IMG/VR virus record: IMGVR_UViG_3300044676_000154 | Span: 1 to 32,427 of that record | Direction: 5' to 3' (one strand) | Length of the DNA stretch: 32,427 nucleotides | Origin: a virus | Taxonomy: Duplodnaviria > Caudoviricetes | In this document: positions 1-9,434 of the stretch, one piece after another | How positions within the stretch are numbered: position 1 is the stretch's first letter | Layout: each line of letters starts with the position of its first letter | Made by a program: the position numbers and the translations under genes | The notes under the pieces: model-generated | Database searches by the model: none | Told to the model about the DNA's origin: nothing | What the model saw: only the letters and a program-made list of their open reading frames with translations

Positions 1-1951
1 GATTAAATGATGCTGGTTGAAATACGCTTCGTGTAGACCAGATGCCCCCAGATGCACTTGATTCAACACCAGCAGTGCCAAATGCTGAACTCGTCTTTCC
101 CACCAGCAGATTGCCGCTTGCATCCCAGCGTCCGGCTTCTGAGTCATCAACTAAAAAAGTTATATTAGATGAACTGGCTGCGCTTCCTTTATCAGATTCA
201 AATTTCAAACTTCCAAAACTGTTAGAAATGCGGCAAGTTCCATAGTTGTCAACAATGTCCAATGCAGCAACTGAATTTGTGCTTATGAAGTTTGCAACAG
301 GGTCAGTTGTTGCAGAATTAACAGTCAGCCCATCAGCCGTGACAGTGCCAGTTACGTCAAGGTTTCCTGACGCATCAACAGTCAACTCATCGTGGTTATC
401 AAGGCCAAGTGTAGCCAGTGAAGCACCTACGTTGGTAACGTCAAACGTACCAAAGGCAACAATGTCTACAGTGTCATTCAGTGCTGCACCTGTTGTTAGT
501 ACAACATTAGAACCATCTGTAGCTGTAAAGTCAGTGCCAGCAATCAGCTTAACACCATTGAGGTAGACATCTACATAACCAGCATCATAGGTAGCAGCAA
601 AGCTAGTCTGCCCAGCAGTGGCTGTGTAGGTCTGACGCTCAGATGTACCATTGACAGACGAACCAGCATTAACAAAGCCAGAACCGTCATAGACCTTCAT
701 CACATCGTTAGTGGTATCAAACCACAAGTCACCCTCTGTAGGTGATGATGGGGCTGTCGCTGAGATGAAGTAGGTATTGGCGAATGAGTTAATGTCAGTA
801 AGGTTGGTTGCTACAGTGTTGACGTTAGCAATGTCTGTACCTACCGCATTGACGTTAGCAATAGAACCAGCAACAATACCGATATCTGTTGCATCCGCTG
901 CTACTGCATTAATATTTGTAGCATTACTAGCTACGTTGTTAATGTTTGTAGCGTTACCTGCAACTGATGTAATGTTAGCTGAATTAGCAGCGACATTGTT
1001 TACGTTAGTGATGTTACTAGCTACTGTACCGATGTCAGTAGCATCACCAGCTACAGCAGTAACATTAGCAGAGATACCAGCTACTGTTGCTACATTGCCT
1101 GAGATACCTGCTACTGTGTTTACATTAGAGATACTTGAAGCTACTGTACCAATGTCTGTGGCATCTGCTGCTACTGCTGTTACATCAGACGAAATACCAG
1201 CTACTGTATTAACACTAGCAATGTTAGTGCCTACTGTATTAACATTAGCAATAGAATTAGCTACTGTATCAATTTCAGACACAGCTTCATTCAAGTCATT
1301 GGCAGCAGTTTCAATCTCAGAGATAGCCTCATTCAAGTCGTTGGCTACTGTAATAACATCTGCAATGTTAGTAGCTACTGTATTAACACTAGCAATGTTA
1401 GTGGATACTGTGCTAATATCAGCAGCATCTGAAACAACTGCTGTTACATCGCTTGCGATACCTGCAACAGTTGTTACATCAGAAGCAATACCTGCTACTG
1501 TAGTGATGTTAGGTAGGTTTGTAGAAATAAACTGCTTGTTTACAGCATCGTTATTGTTTACAGGAGTCCCAACATTCTTAATAATGCTACCCTGTGCATC
1601 CCACTTGTTATCCGTATCTAGTGCGATTGCGTCACCAACACGGTCAATAGCTTCCTGAGAAGCATGGAAAGTCTGGATACTAGAATTATCTAGGTCTTCT
1701 TCAGTAAGAACTGAACCAGACGCAAAGTCAACTGCACGTGTTGTAAGGTCTGTAGTACGGCGAACCTGTACCAGAGTACCAATAGCAGGTGCAGATGTTA
1801 GTTGTACAGTAGAGGCTGAAGGAAAAGTCAGGCCAGTTTCAGCCACACCATCTACTGTAACACTTATTTCAGAAGTGTTCTGATATGTAAAGGTAATAGA
1901 GAACTGTGTGGTAGTTCCATTACCTGTATAGTTGTCGTATGAAAAAGCCAT
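1..1951 (-). CDS. gp17: Tail fibre protein (T7 gp17-like N-terminal anchor), 3' end beyond the window
   Basis: Absent from the ORF track; segments translated by hand from ATG at 1951. N-terminus MAFSYDNYTGNGTTTQFSITFTY...VQVRRTTDLTTRAVDFASGSVLTEEDLD is a gp17-type anchor. It is followed by a repeat shaft, a GDLWFDT module, a TATAGQTSF...VYLNGVKL module and RWDASGNLLVGKT near the window edge, all in the same frame. Confidence 0.93.
   Translation of the reverse strand, partial: MAFSYDNYTGNGTTTQFSITFTYQNTSEISVTVDGVAETGLTFPSASTVQLTSAPAIGTLVQVRRTTDLTTRAVDFASGSVLTEEDLDNSSIQTFHASQEAIDRVGDAIALDTDNKWDAQGSIIKNVGTPVNNNDAVNKQFISTNLPNITTVAGIASDVTTVAGIASDVTAVVSDAADISTVSTNIASVNTVATNIADVITVANDLNEAISEIETAANDLNEAVSEIDTVANSIANVNTVGTNIASVNTVAGISSDVTAVAADATDIGTVASSISNVNTVAGISGNVATVAGISANVTAVAGDATDIGTVASNITNVNNVAANSANITSVAGNATNINNVASNATNINAVAADATDIGIVAGSIANVNAVGTDIANVNTVATNLTDINSFANTYFISATAPSSPTEGDLWFDTTNDVMKVYDGSGFVNAGSSVNGTSERQTYTATAGQTSFAATYDAGYVDVYLNGVKLIAGTDFTATDGSNVVLTTGAALNDTVDIVAFGTFDVTNVGASLATLGLDNHDELTVDASGNLDVTGTVTADGLTVNSATTDPVANFISTNSVAALDIVDNYGTCRISNSFGSLKFESDKGSAASSSNITFLVDDSEAGRWDASGNLLVGKTSSAFGTAGVESSASGGIWSTRSVFQPASFN
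780..1515 (-). repeat. Tandem 10-11 aa repeats (TVAGISSDVT / TVATNIANVN) in the tail fibre shaft
   Basis: About 30-33 nt degenerate periodicity, with gctactgt recurring on the + strand; includes a 14-aa duplication ANDLNEA(I/V)SEI(E/D)T. Confidence 0.9.
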
Positions 1952-1962
1952 TTGTTTTCCTA

Positions 1963-4900
1963 TTAATTTCCTAATTCATTAGCCACGTTATTGATTAACT
2001 GCCTTGCTCCATATAAGGATTGACCTGGAAGTAAGCGTAATGCTCTTCTATATTCTGATTCTGATATCTCACCATTTTCAAAAGCCTTAAGCAGTTGAAA
2101 ACCTGACTGAGCTATAGAAATAGCAGGTGGTGTCATAGCATATGTATTACCATCCATCGCACCTGTAGTTAGTTGATAGATATAACTAAACATAGAAGCA
2201 GCACCAACCTGACTCATAGCACCTACAGCAAAGTTTGTAGGAGACATACGCTCTTTGATATACTCATCAGCGTCACTGCGTCCCATAGCATTCATCTGAA
2301 CACGTGCTAGGTACATCATTGATCCCATGAAAGCAGCAGACATAATAATCTTTGCTACTGCTACATCTCCATGTGCTGCTCTTACCCCTAGACGCATGGT
2401 CTGTTGTTCCAAGGAAGCCAAGGGAAAGCTCAAGAACTGGAAGAAGGTCTTACCTATTTCAGAGCGTAGAAATCCATTAGTAGATGCGATATTCATTTCC
2501 TGTACGTTCTGCCTTGCTTCCTTAAAACCAGAAGCTTGGAAAGCCTCACGTACATTCTCATCCCACTTCTCTAAGTTAAGTCTATCTACCACAGTTCCTT
2601 TAAAGGTTGCGTGTTTATTGATAGCCTTTTTTATTTCTACACCCATCTCATCAGATATACCTAATTGCTTTAGTTTTATATCTGAGAAAGGCATACCACC
2701 CTTTTTAGCAGCCTTAGCCCACTGTGTAGTATAGTGAAGCATAGACATCCTACGTAGCGTTTGGGTAATACCATTCAAGCCTGACCAATAGGAAACAAAC
2801 TGTTGTCCTTTGAGTGCAGCCTTACCAGCCCAATGCTGTTCAGGACCAATGTATCCTTCTACGTTACTACCTTCATAGCGTGTAGCTCTGTTATATCGTC
2901 CTAGTTGTACCTCACCACCAATACCAAAGGCTTCAATAAGTTCTTTCATAAGACCATCTTCAAGTTGTCCTTGAGAAGCCTTCTTGAAGAGTTGGTTGTA
3001 GGCTGGCATGGTACGCATAAGAGTAGTCAGAGAATACTCAAACATAGCGTTAGACAATTCCATCATGGCTGACATACCTGACATTCCCATATTTACTGAG
3101 AATGAATAGGCACGTACACCAATATTAAAGTCTCTCGCTCTGTTGGATATCTCTTCCCTATGAGCTAGTCTACCAGTAATTCCATCATACATAAATTTCA
3201 GAGAATTAATTTCTGACTCTGCTTTATCTGAACTGAGGTTTCTGGTTTTTACTTCTGTTCTAATACTATCAATAAACTCTTCAAAAGAAGAACCAACCTG
3301 ATTAGTATTGATACCATTACGAGCTAGTCCAATAGCCCCTGACATCTGGAAAATGTAAGAGTTATGTAGCTGTTCTATGTCCTCTTCTAGTAGGTCATAA
3401 AACCTCAAATCTTCCATCTCTCCATCTGCACGTGTTACACTAATAGAGGTACTTTCGTCTAGGATAAGCCTTGGTCTACTTCGCTTATGACCTTTAGCTG
3501 GTTTAGACAAAACAAGCAATTCCAAAACGTCATCAATAGCGTCAGGTGAAAGCTCGTCCTTGAACTCAGCCTTCATCAAATCAGCTATATCTTCTAACGT
3601 CATCTCGTTAGCACCTGCTGGACCACCACTCTTTTTAAAGGTACGATCTACGATGCCTTTGGTGTAACCTGTAGCTATCCTACGAATAAACTCATTAGCT
3701 TCTGCTTCTAAGTCTTTGGTAGAACGTCTGGTTGGTTTCTTTTTGGAAACCTCTTCAGCCTTCTTAACAAGTTTCTTAATAACGTCATTAACAATATCAG
3801 GCTGACCCTTACGTAGTGCAGCTTCAATTAGATTAGCAATCTGTTCGTCTGCGCTATCTCCTAATTTTGCCCTCAAGTCTCTAATCTTTTCTTCGTTAAA
3901 GATACGAGGTAGATAGTTTAAGTGCCTATCTAACATATTAGGAGTAAAACCAGCAACATCATACTTGATGCCCATCTCAGCTAATGCACGTTCCTGCTTC
4001 TTAACTAAATCACCAATCGCTTTAACTTCAGGGTCTACATCTGAGATAAGCCCACGTGCATATCTTGCAGCTAGGGTATTAAAATCTGAGATGGAACCAC
4101 CAGTACGCTTAGTCCACTTACGCTGATTAGGGTGTAGCATATAAGCAAAGCTAGTTCTAAACTGACCTTGTGTACGTTCAGCTATCTCTGATGCTGAGTC
4201 ATTAGCTTCTAACTTACCATCCTTATAACCGACACCATTCATCCCTAGTTTTCTAGCACCTAAACGAATGCGATTAACCTCAGACATACCAGCACGATAG
4301 CCTGTGGAGATAAGCTTACGTAAGCCTAACATACTCCATCCAGCTATCTCAGGAATAGCTGCTGCTTCTGTATCAGTTACTTTAGCAGCAGGGGTGACTA
4401 CTTGTACTTCTTCTCCTAGAGATTTATTCAAATCAGTAGCATCTAGGGACTCAATGAATTGTTCTGTTTTTAGGTTTTCATCTATAAGACGTTGTGCTAC
4501 AGCTTCTACATTGTTAGCTTCATAGAAAGCTTTTTGTGCTGGGGTTAATTCACCACCATCAGCTACAATCTTAGCAAGCTGTGCTACGTTACCACGTTTG
4601 ACAAATGCAGTAGTAGCTGTGTTAAGAGTACCACCTAGTCCTGCACCAAAGCCCATAGCTATCAGTACATCATTACCATCAATGTCATACTTAAGACCAG
4701 CACGAATACTCTCAAAAGCAGCAAGTTCAGCACCTGTTACTGTAGCACCAGCAGCAAAAGCCCTAGCTTTACTATAAGCTTTCTTGGCCTTTAGAGCCGC
4801 ACCAGCGGTCAGTGTAGCTGTTCCAGTAAGAGGAGCAGCCGGACCACTCAAGGCCGACACAGCAGCCGTAGAGCCTATAATAGTAGACCATTCTACAGGA

Positions 4901-5346
4901 TCAAACATAGAAGCTAGGAAGGTAGATGTTGTACCCTTCCAACCCGCTTCTGCTAGTTCTGCTCTATTCGCTTGAGTGGTTAGGTGTGTTTCTTTTGTAG
5001 CTAATGCGCTATCTACACCTACTGTTAGTGCTTCATCTAACACCTCACCAATGGCTGTGTAGTCAGTTAAGCCATCAGTGAGAGTTGTTAGTAGTTCTGG
5101 TGTGAACTTATCTACTGGCTGACCCTCATAAGAACGAAACCTATCCACATTATTAGCTAGGGTAGGGATAATCCATTCCTCAGAGGCTGCGACAGGTAGA
5201 CTAGCCAGAAATCCTGGTTTATCTTTCTCTGCCTCACGCTTTGCGTTGACAAGAGTGCTTTCGCTAACCGTTTGGGTTACAGGATAGGCAGTTTCACCTG
5301 TCTCAAATCCTAGACCCTTCAGTATATCTTGTGCTGTATCAGCCAT
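1963..5346 (-). CDS. Internal virion (ejection) protein D, T7 gp16 positional equivalent
   Basis: 1127 aa, directly before the tail fibre; Ala/Gly-rich hydrophobic segments; C-terminal FFQFLSFPLASLEQQ-type segment typical of this class. Confidence 0.8.
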   Translation of the reverse strand: MADTAQDILKGLGFETGETAYPVTQTVSESTLVNAKREAEKDKPGFLASLPVAASEEWIIPTLANNVDRFRSYEGQPVDKFTPELLTTLTDGLTDYTAIGEVLDEALTVGVDSALATKETHLTTQANRAELAEAGWKGTTSTFLASMFDPVEWSTIIGSTAAVSALSGPAAPLTGTATLTAGAALKAKKAYSKARAFAAGATVTGAELAAFESIRAGLKYDIDGNDVLIAMGFGAGLGGTLNTATTAFVKRGNVAQLAKIVADGGELTPAQKAFYEANNVEAVAQRLIDENLKTEQFIESLDATDLNKSLGEEVQVVTPAAKVTDTEAAAIPEIAGWSMLGLRKLISTGYRAGMSEVNRIRLGARKLGMNGVGYKDGKLEANDSASEIAERTQGQFRTSFAYMLHPNQRKWTKRTGGSISDFNTLAARYARGLISDVDPEVKAIGDLVKKQERALAEMGIKYDVAGFTPNMLDRHLNYLPRIFNEEKIRDLRAKLGDSADEQIANLIEAALRKGQPDIVNDVIKKLVKKAEEVSKKKPTRRSTKDLEAEANEFIRRIATGYTKGIVDRTFKKSGGPAGANEMTLEDIADLMKAEFKDELSPDAIDDVLELLVLSKPAKGHKRSRPRLILDESTSISVTRADGEMEDLRFYDLLEEDIEQLHNSYIFQMSGAIGLARNGINTNQVGSSFEEFIDSIRTEVKTRNLSSDKAESEINSLKFMYDGITGRLAHREEISNRARDFNIGVRAYSFSVNMGMSGMSAMMELSNAMFEYSLTTLMRTMPAYNQLFKKASQGQLEDGLMKELIEAFGIGGEVQLGRYNRATRYEGSNVEGYIGPEQHWAGKAALKGQQFVSYWSGLNGITQTLRRMSMLHYTTQWAKAAKKGGMPFSDIKLKQLGISDEMGVEIKKAINKHATFKGTVVDRLNLEKWDENVREAFQASGFKEARQNVQEMNIASTNGFLRSEIGKTFFQFLSFPLASLEQQTMRLGVRAAHGDVAVAKIIMSAAFMGSMMYLARVQMNAMGRSDADEYIKERMSPTNFAVGAMSQVGAASMFSYIYQLTTGAMDGNTYAMTPPAISIAQSGFQLLKAFENGEISESEYRRALRLLPGQSLYGARQLINNVANELGN

Positions 5347-5357
5347 TTCTTAGTTCC

Positions 5358-8300
5358 TTACGATTGTTTTTCGTATTTTGCTAGACTTCTATCAAAAGCT
5401 TTAGCACGATCAATGCGCTGTGCATAATCATCACCAGCCCACCAGTTGTCTAACCAGAAGTCTCGTACAGATTGTTCACCGCTTAGTACCTTGGCAATAT
5501 CTGCTGTTCTATGCTGTAACATAGCATACACAAACAGAGCCTTCTGTTGATTACCAGATAGCTCTGAAGCATCTGCTATATCAGCAGGTAGTTCAGCAAT
5601 CCAAGCAGGTACTGGTTGTTTTAATCGTTTAGTAAACAGGTTCTTTGTAGACTGAATGTAAGTTTTCAAAGAAGCAGGTTCAATTTGCATCAAGCCTCTA
5701 GCTGGACCATTCCCATATTGTTTCAGGTTAGGATCAAGTGTTCCATCTGACTCATGGTAAGCGATAGGCATTATGATTTTATCTATAATGTCTTGCCCTG
5801 AATAACCCTTTAAGCCTACTGCGATATCTAGAGCTTCGTCTAACTGAGGTTGAGTTTCAACATCGTATTGTTCTTCAGATGCGTTTGTCACTGCAATAAT
5901 ACTCCTTGCAATCTCTGCTTGTTGTTTAACTGTTATCCCTCGTTTAGATGCAATCGCTCCAAACAGACCACGCTCATTAAGACCAAGCTCATCTACAATC
6001 TCAGGAGCATCCTTCAAGATTTTCCTAGCTTCTTTAATAGCTGATAGGTTAGAAAACTTTTTCTTAGTATCTTGATAAGCACCCTCAAAGAATGTACCAA
6101 CACCCTCTTTAGAAGCTGAGATTAATGGCAATGCTCTTTGAATGTTCTGGATAATTTCAGAAGGAGCTTGCTTATATGTACCTGTCACTGCATCCTTTAC
6201 CTTTTGGTAAACTTCAGCAGCGGCGGTTTCTCCTTGTAACATCATGTCATCAGGAGATAACATCTCATCAGCAGGAGCAGGTGTTTCTACAACAGTAGGT
6301 ACAACAGGCTCTGGCTCTGGGAACACTTCTTTAATGATAGTAGGTACTGTTTCACCTAGTCTTGCTGCTTGTAGTTGTGCTTGATACTGTTGTTCAAATG
6401 GAGACATCTGAGCTACAGCAGCTTCATAATCAGCAATAGAAGGTGGTACAGCAGGTGCTACCTCTGGAAGATTAGCTTCTTTAATTCTGCTTTTAACTTC
6501 AGCCATTAACTTTGGAATAAAGGTTTTATCTGTTAGGATTTGTGTTTTACTTACAGTCTGAATAAATCCTACACGGTGGCCTTTACCATTGTAAACATTT
6601 AAGCGTAGTGCATTACGATTATAAGGGTCATTACTAAAACCTAACCCAAGATTATCATCATCAGCCCCAGCGTATTGTTGTTTGAGATAGTTTTGTAAAC
6701 TTGGTTCTTGTGCTAGTGTAGATGTTATTGTATCTACTGCTGTAACCAAGGGTACTTCTTGACTAGGATCAGTGTTTAACTGCTTCAAAGAAATCTTTAC
6801 ACCATTACTTAGTGTGTGTACAACATGATCCTGTTCAAATATCTCAGAAGCTTTATCAATAGCATCCTGTTCATTATATCCTAAGTTCATTAGAATAGAA
6901 GCTGTCTCTGCTATCTCATAAGCATTGGAAACAGTATTAATAGTTTCACTATGATCTGTAGATAGTGGACTTATTTTATCTAGGTTTGATTGTACAGAAG
7001 CTTTTAACTTACTGGATGGTTTGATATCAAAGTTTGCACCTTGGGCAATACCAATATCTTCAATGATATCTTTACCCATACCAGCGTCACGATTAAGGAC
7101 GCTGATGATTTTAAATCTTTTCTCCATCTCAGAAGTCATTAAGGTTTCTGGGATATCAATATTATAAGCACGTAATTCTTCTACTGCTCTAAAAGCAGCA
7201 ACAGCGGCATTTGCCTGTGTAGCGTCAGTTAAATCACCTGAAGCCCATAAGTTTCTACCACTCATAATAGCATTGCGGTTTGCTGTGGGAACAAAACCTC
7301 TCGCACGAAACCAATTCATCTGAGCTATTCTAGATAACCCATCTTGTTGTGCTACAATTTCAAAAGCTTTAACAACATCCTCTGGTTTATCTGTTTGCTT
7401 ACCACCGGCTGGTCCTACTTTTTCAGTACCAATTTGCAGATCACCATAATTACCAGTGTCCATATTCCTTCGGACAGCCTCAATGGTCTGTTGTTGGAAC
7501 CAAGCAGGTTCTTGAGCTTTTAGTATAGCTTTATCGCGTATAGCTAGTTCACTATCAATGATCTTGTACATTTTTTGATAACGAGGTATTCCACGAAACT
7601 TACGATCCTCTGCCCATTGATAAGATGCAGTTCTACCATTAGCTTTAACATTAGGTGCAATCACGTTTTCCATGATGTAGTCATTAATCATAGCTTGACT
7701 ATAACCATAAGCTTGAGAAGCTTGCCTTACAATCTCATCAATGTTTTTCTTCTGTAAGTCTAAACCAAACTTAATATTCTCAGGAGCAAGTGGACTACCA
7801 TCTTCCTCAGTCTCTGGTGTGTAACCTAAATCTGAATCAATACCTAAAACTTCACTACCTATTTTACCCATATTAATGTTAAAGGTATGTTTGAATTTCT
7901 CAGGATCGTAAGTTGTATTAAACCAAGCAAGGTTACCTATTTGAATATTATCTGAAACAGCTTTAACTAGTAAATCATCACCTGATTCTTGAGCTTGTTG
8001 AATAAAAGGCTGCATAATTTCAGCACGTCTAGCAGCTACTTCCTCATCAGACATCTCTAAATAATCTGATGAATTATTTTCAAAGTCTTTTCTAGCAGCT
8101 CGTAGAGCATTAGACGTTCCAATTTTTGCATCTAATGTACGTGCTGACGCAATGCCTTGTTCTGCTTCTCGTTGAAGCTTTAATTGTTTTTGTTTTTCTA
8201 CTTGAGCTAGTTGTTCCATTCCTGGACTAATAGCTTCTATGAAAGCACCAAGACCGCTTTTACCAACAGGTTGTTCAGCAGGACGTACATATGTTTCTAC

Positions 8301-8369
8301 TGGACGAGCTACGGCTTGCAGCCTTGCAGAAGGCCGCAGCCTTTCTACAGGTGTTCTACGTTTTGCCAT
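5358..8369 (-). CDS. Internal virion protein C (gp15 positional equivalent) with C-terminal lysozyme-fold/lytic transglycosylase domain
   Basis: 1003 aa by synteny; C-terminal IAYHES...GPARGLMQIEP matches the SLT catalytic ES and GLMQ motifs. Confidence 0.8.
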   Translation of the reverse strand: MAKRRTPVERLRPSARLQAVARPVETYVRPAEQPVGKSGLGAFIEAISPGMEQLAQVEKQKQLKLQREAEQGIASARTLDAKIGTSNALRAARKDFENNSSDYLEMSDEEVAARRAEIMQPFIQQAQESGDDLLVKAVSDNIQIGNLAWFNTTYDPEKFKHTFNINMGKIGSEVLGIDSDLGYTPETEEDGSPLAPENIKFGLDLQKKNIDEIVRQASQAYGYSQAMINDYIMENVIAPNVKANGRTASYQWAEDRKFRGIPRYQKMYKIIDSELAIRDKAILKAQEPAWFQQQTIEAVRRNMDTGNYGDLQIGTEKVGPAGGKQTDKPEDVVKAFEIVAQQDGLSRIAQMNWFRARGFVPTANRNAIMSGRNLWASGDLTDATQANAAVAAFRAVEELRAYNIDIPETLMTSEMEKRFKIISVLNRDAGMGKDIIEDIGIAQGANFDIKPSSKLKASVQSNLDKISPLSTDHSETINTVSNAYEIAETASILMNLGYNEQDAIDKASEIFEQDHVVHTLSNGVKISLKQLNTDPSQEVPLVTAVDTITSTLAQEPSLQNYLKQQYAGADDDNLGLGFSNDPYNRNALRLNVYNGKGHRVGFIQTVSKTQILTDKTFIPKLMAEVKSRIKEANLPEVAPAVPPSIADYEAAVAQMSPFEQQYQAQLQAARLGETVPTIIKEVFPEPEPVVPTVVETPAPADEMLSPDDMMLQGETAAAEVYQKVKDAVTGTYKQAPSEIIQNIQRALPLISASKEGVGTFFEGAYQDTKKKFSNLSAIKEARKILKDAPEIVDELGLNERGLFGAIASKRGITVKQQAEIARSIIAVTNASEEQYDVETQPQLDEALDIAVGLKGYSGQDIIDKIIMPIAYHESDGTLDPNLKQYGNGPARGLMQIEPASLKTYIQSTKNLFTKRLKQPVPAWIAELPADIADASELSGNQQKALFVYAMLQHRTADIAKVLSGEQSVRDFWLDNWWAGDDYAQRIDRAKAFDRSLAKYEKQS

Positions 8370-8977
8370 TATTGTCCTCCACCTTGTCCTACTGAATCAG
8401 CATAACCATAAGTATAATTCTCTGATCTAGGTTTATCCTTAAAAGTAGATTTATAATTATCAGGTTGATTTACCTTAGCAGAGTTATATGCACCAGCAGC
8501 AGAAGCCGCAGTTCCCACAGCCGCAGCTAGGAAGTTAGGCATAACACCCTGTTGTAGAGAATTAGTTCTATTAAGTGCTTCCGCAGATGCGCCGCGCTTT
8601 TCAAGCTCAATCTGTTTCTCTACATTCTCTAAGTTTCTATTTATTGTGGTAGTACCACGTAGCTTTTGGGCTTCGTAATCTTGAAGCAATAAGTCAATAG
8701 AGTTACCAGTAACACCAGCTTCTCCTGCTGCTACAAGGGCTGCACCCTCACCTTCCATAGCTTTAATACCTAAAGCTAGTTTCTCTTCAGCAGCAGCTTC
8801 TGATTCCTGTATCACTCGTTGATTAAGGGTTTGTACTTTTAAATCTCTTGCATCATTAGCTGCTAGACGATTGGCATCAAATCTAGCTTGAGTAGCTTGT
8901 GCTTCTGCTACACCCTGTTCATAATCTGATACCCCTTTAGCAACTGTTAGTACAGCCATAGTAACTGGGTCACACAT
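8369..8977 (-). CDS. Internal virion protein B (gp14-like)
   Basis: 202 aa, MC start, AAGEAGVTGNSIDLLLQD motif, synteny. Confidence 0.85.
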   Translation of the reverse strand: MCDPVTMAVLTVAKGVSDYEQGVAEAQATQARFDANRLAANDARDLKVQTLNQRVIQESEAAAEEKLALGIKAMEGEGAALVAAGEAGVTGNSIDLLLQDYEAQKLRGTTTINRNLENVEKQIELEKRGASAEALNRTNSLQQGVMPNFLAAAVGTAASAAGAYNSAKVNQPDNYKSTFKDKPRSENYTYGYADSVGQGGGQ

Positions 8978-9434
8978 CTTGTATCCTCACAAATTCTAAA
9001 AAGGGTTTATTACCTACACCCCAAGTTTCATGCCGTTTGATAAATGTAAATCCTACAAACTTTAACCAATTAATAGCTACATTGTAGTTAGCATCACAGG
9101 CATTAGTTAGTATTGGATATTTATTATTAGTTTCTTTTACCCACTTAAGAGAACCTCGTAAGAAGGGGAGCCATACTTTAGTTATTGGTGGTGCAGTTAG
9201 AAGCCAAGGAATACCTACTGTATCATCAACTCCTACTACTCCATAAATACCAGCAATCTCATTTGTATCGGAGACAATAATAGTCCAGCATTCATCTGAT
9301 TCATCTAGACCCTGCTGTAAAGCTTCCTTAACATCTCCATGTGAGGCAAGTACTTCTTCTGTGTCCTCTGGTCTTAGGTTTGTTGCCAGATGGTCAACAT
9401 CAGCCTGAGTACTGGCTCTCACATGGACTTTCAT
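8970..9434 (-). CDS. Internal virion protein A (gp13-like, GNAT-like fold)
   Basis: LATNLRPEDTEEV and N..AINWLKFVGF motifs. Start moved to ATG 9434 (AAGGAG SD, TAATG overlap with the gp12 stop); 154 aa. Confidence 0.85.
   Translation of the reverse strand: MKVHVRASTQADVDHLATNLRPEDTEEVLASHGDVKEALQQGLDESDECWTIIVSDTNEIAGIYGVVGVDDTVGIPWLLTAPPITKVWLPFLRGSLKWVKETNNKYPILTNACDANYNVAINWLKFVGFTFIKRHETWGVGNKPFLEFVRIQDV

Noticed and set aside
780-1515. Possible CRISPR array or DGR repeat
   Set aside because: The repeats are degenerate, in-frame and coding, with no unique spacers, cas genes or reverse transcriptase.
42-1658. Plus-strand ORFs 42-245, 246-566 and 777-1658, including the repetitive 293-aa ORF
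   Set aside because: Antisense shadows of the minus-strand tail fibre; the repeats make sense in the fibre frame.
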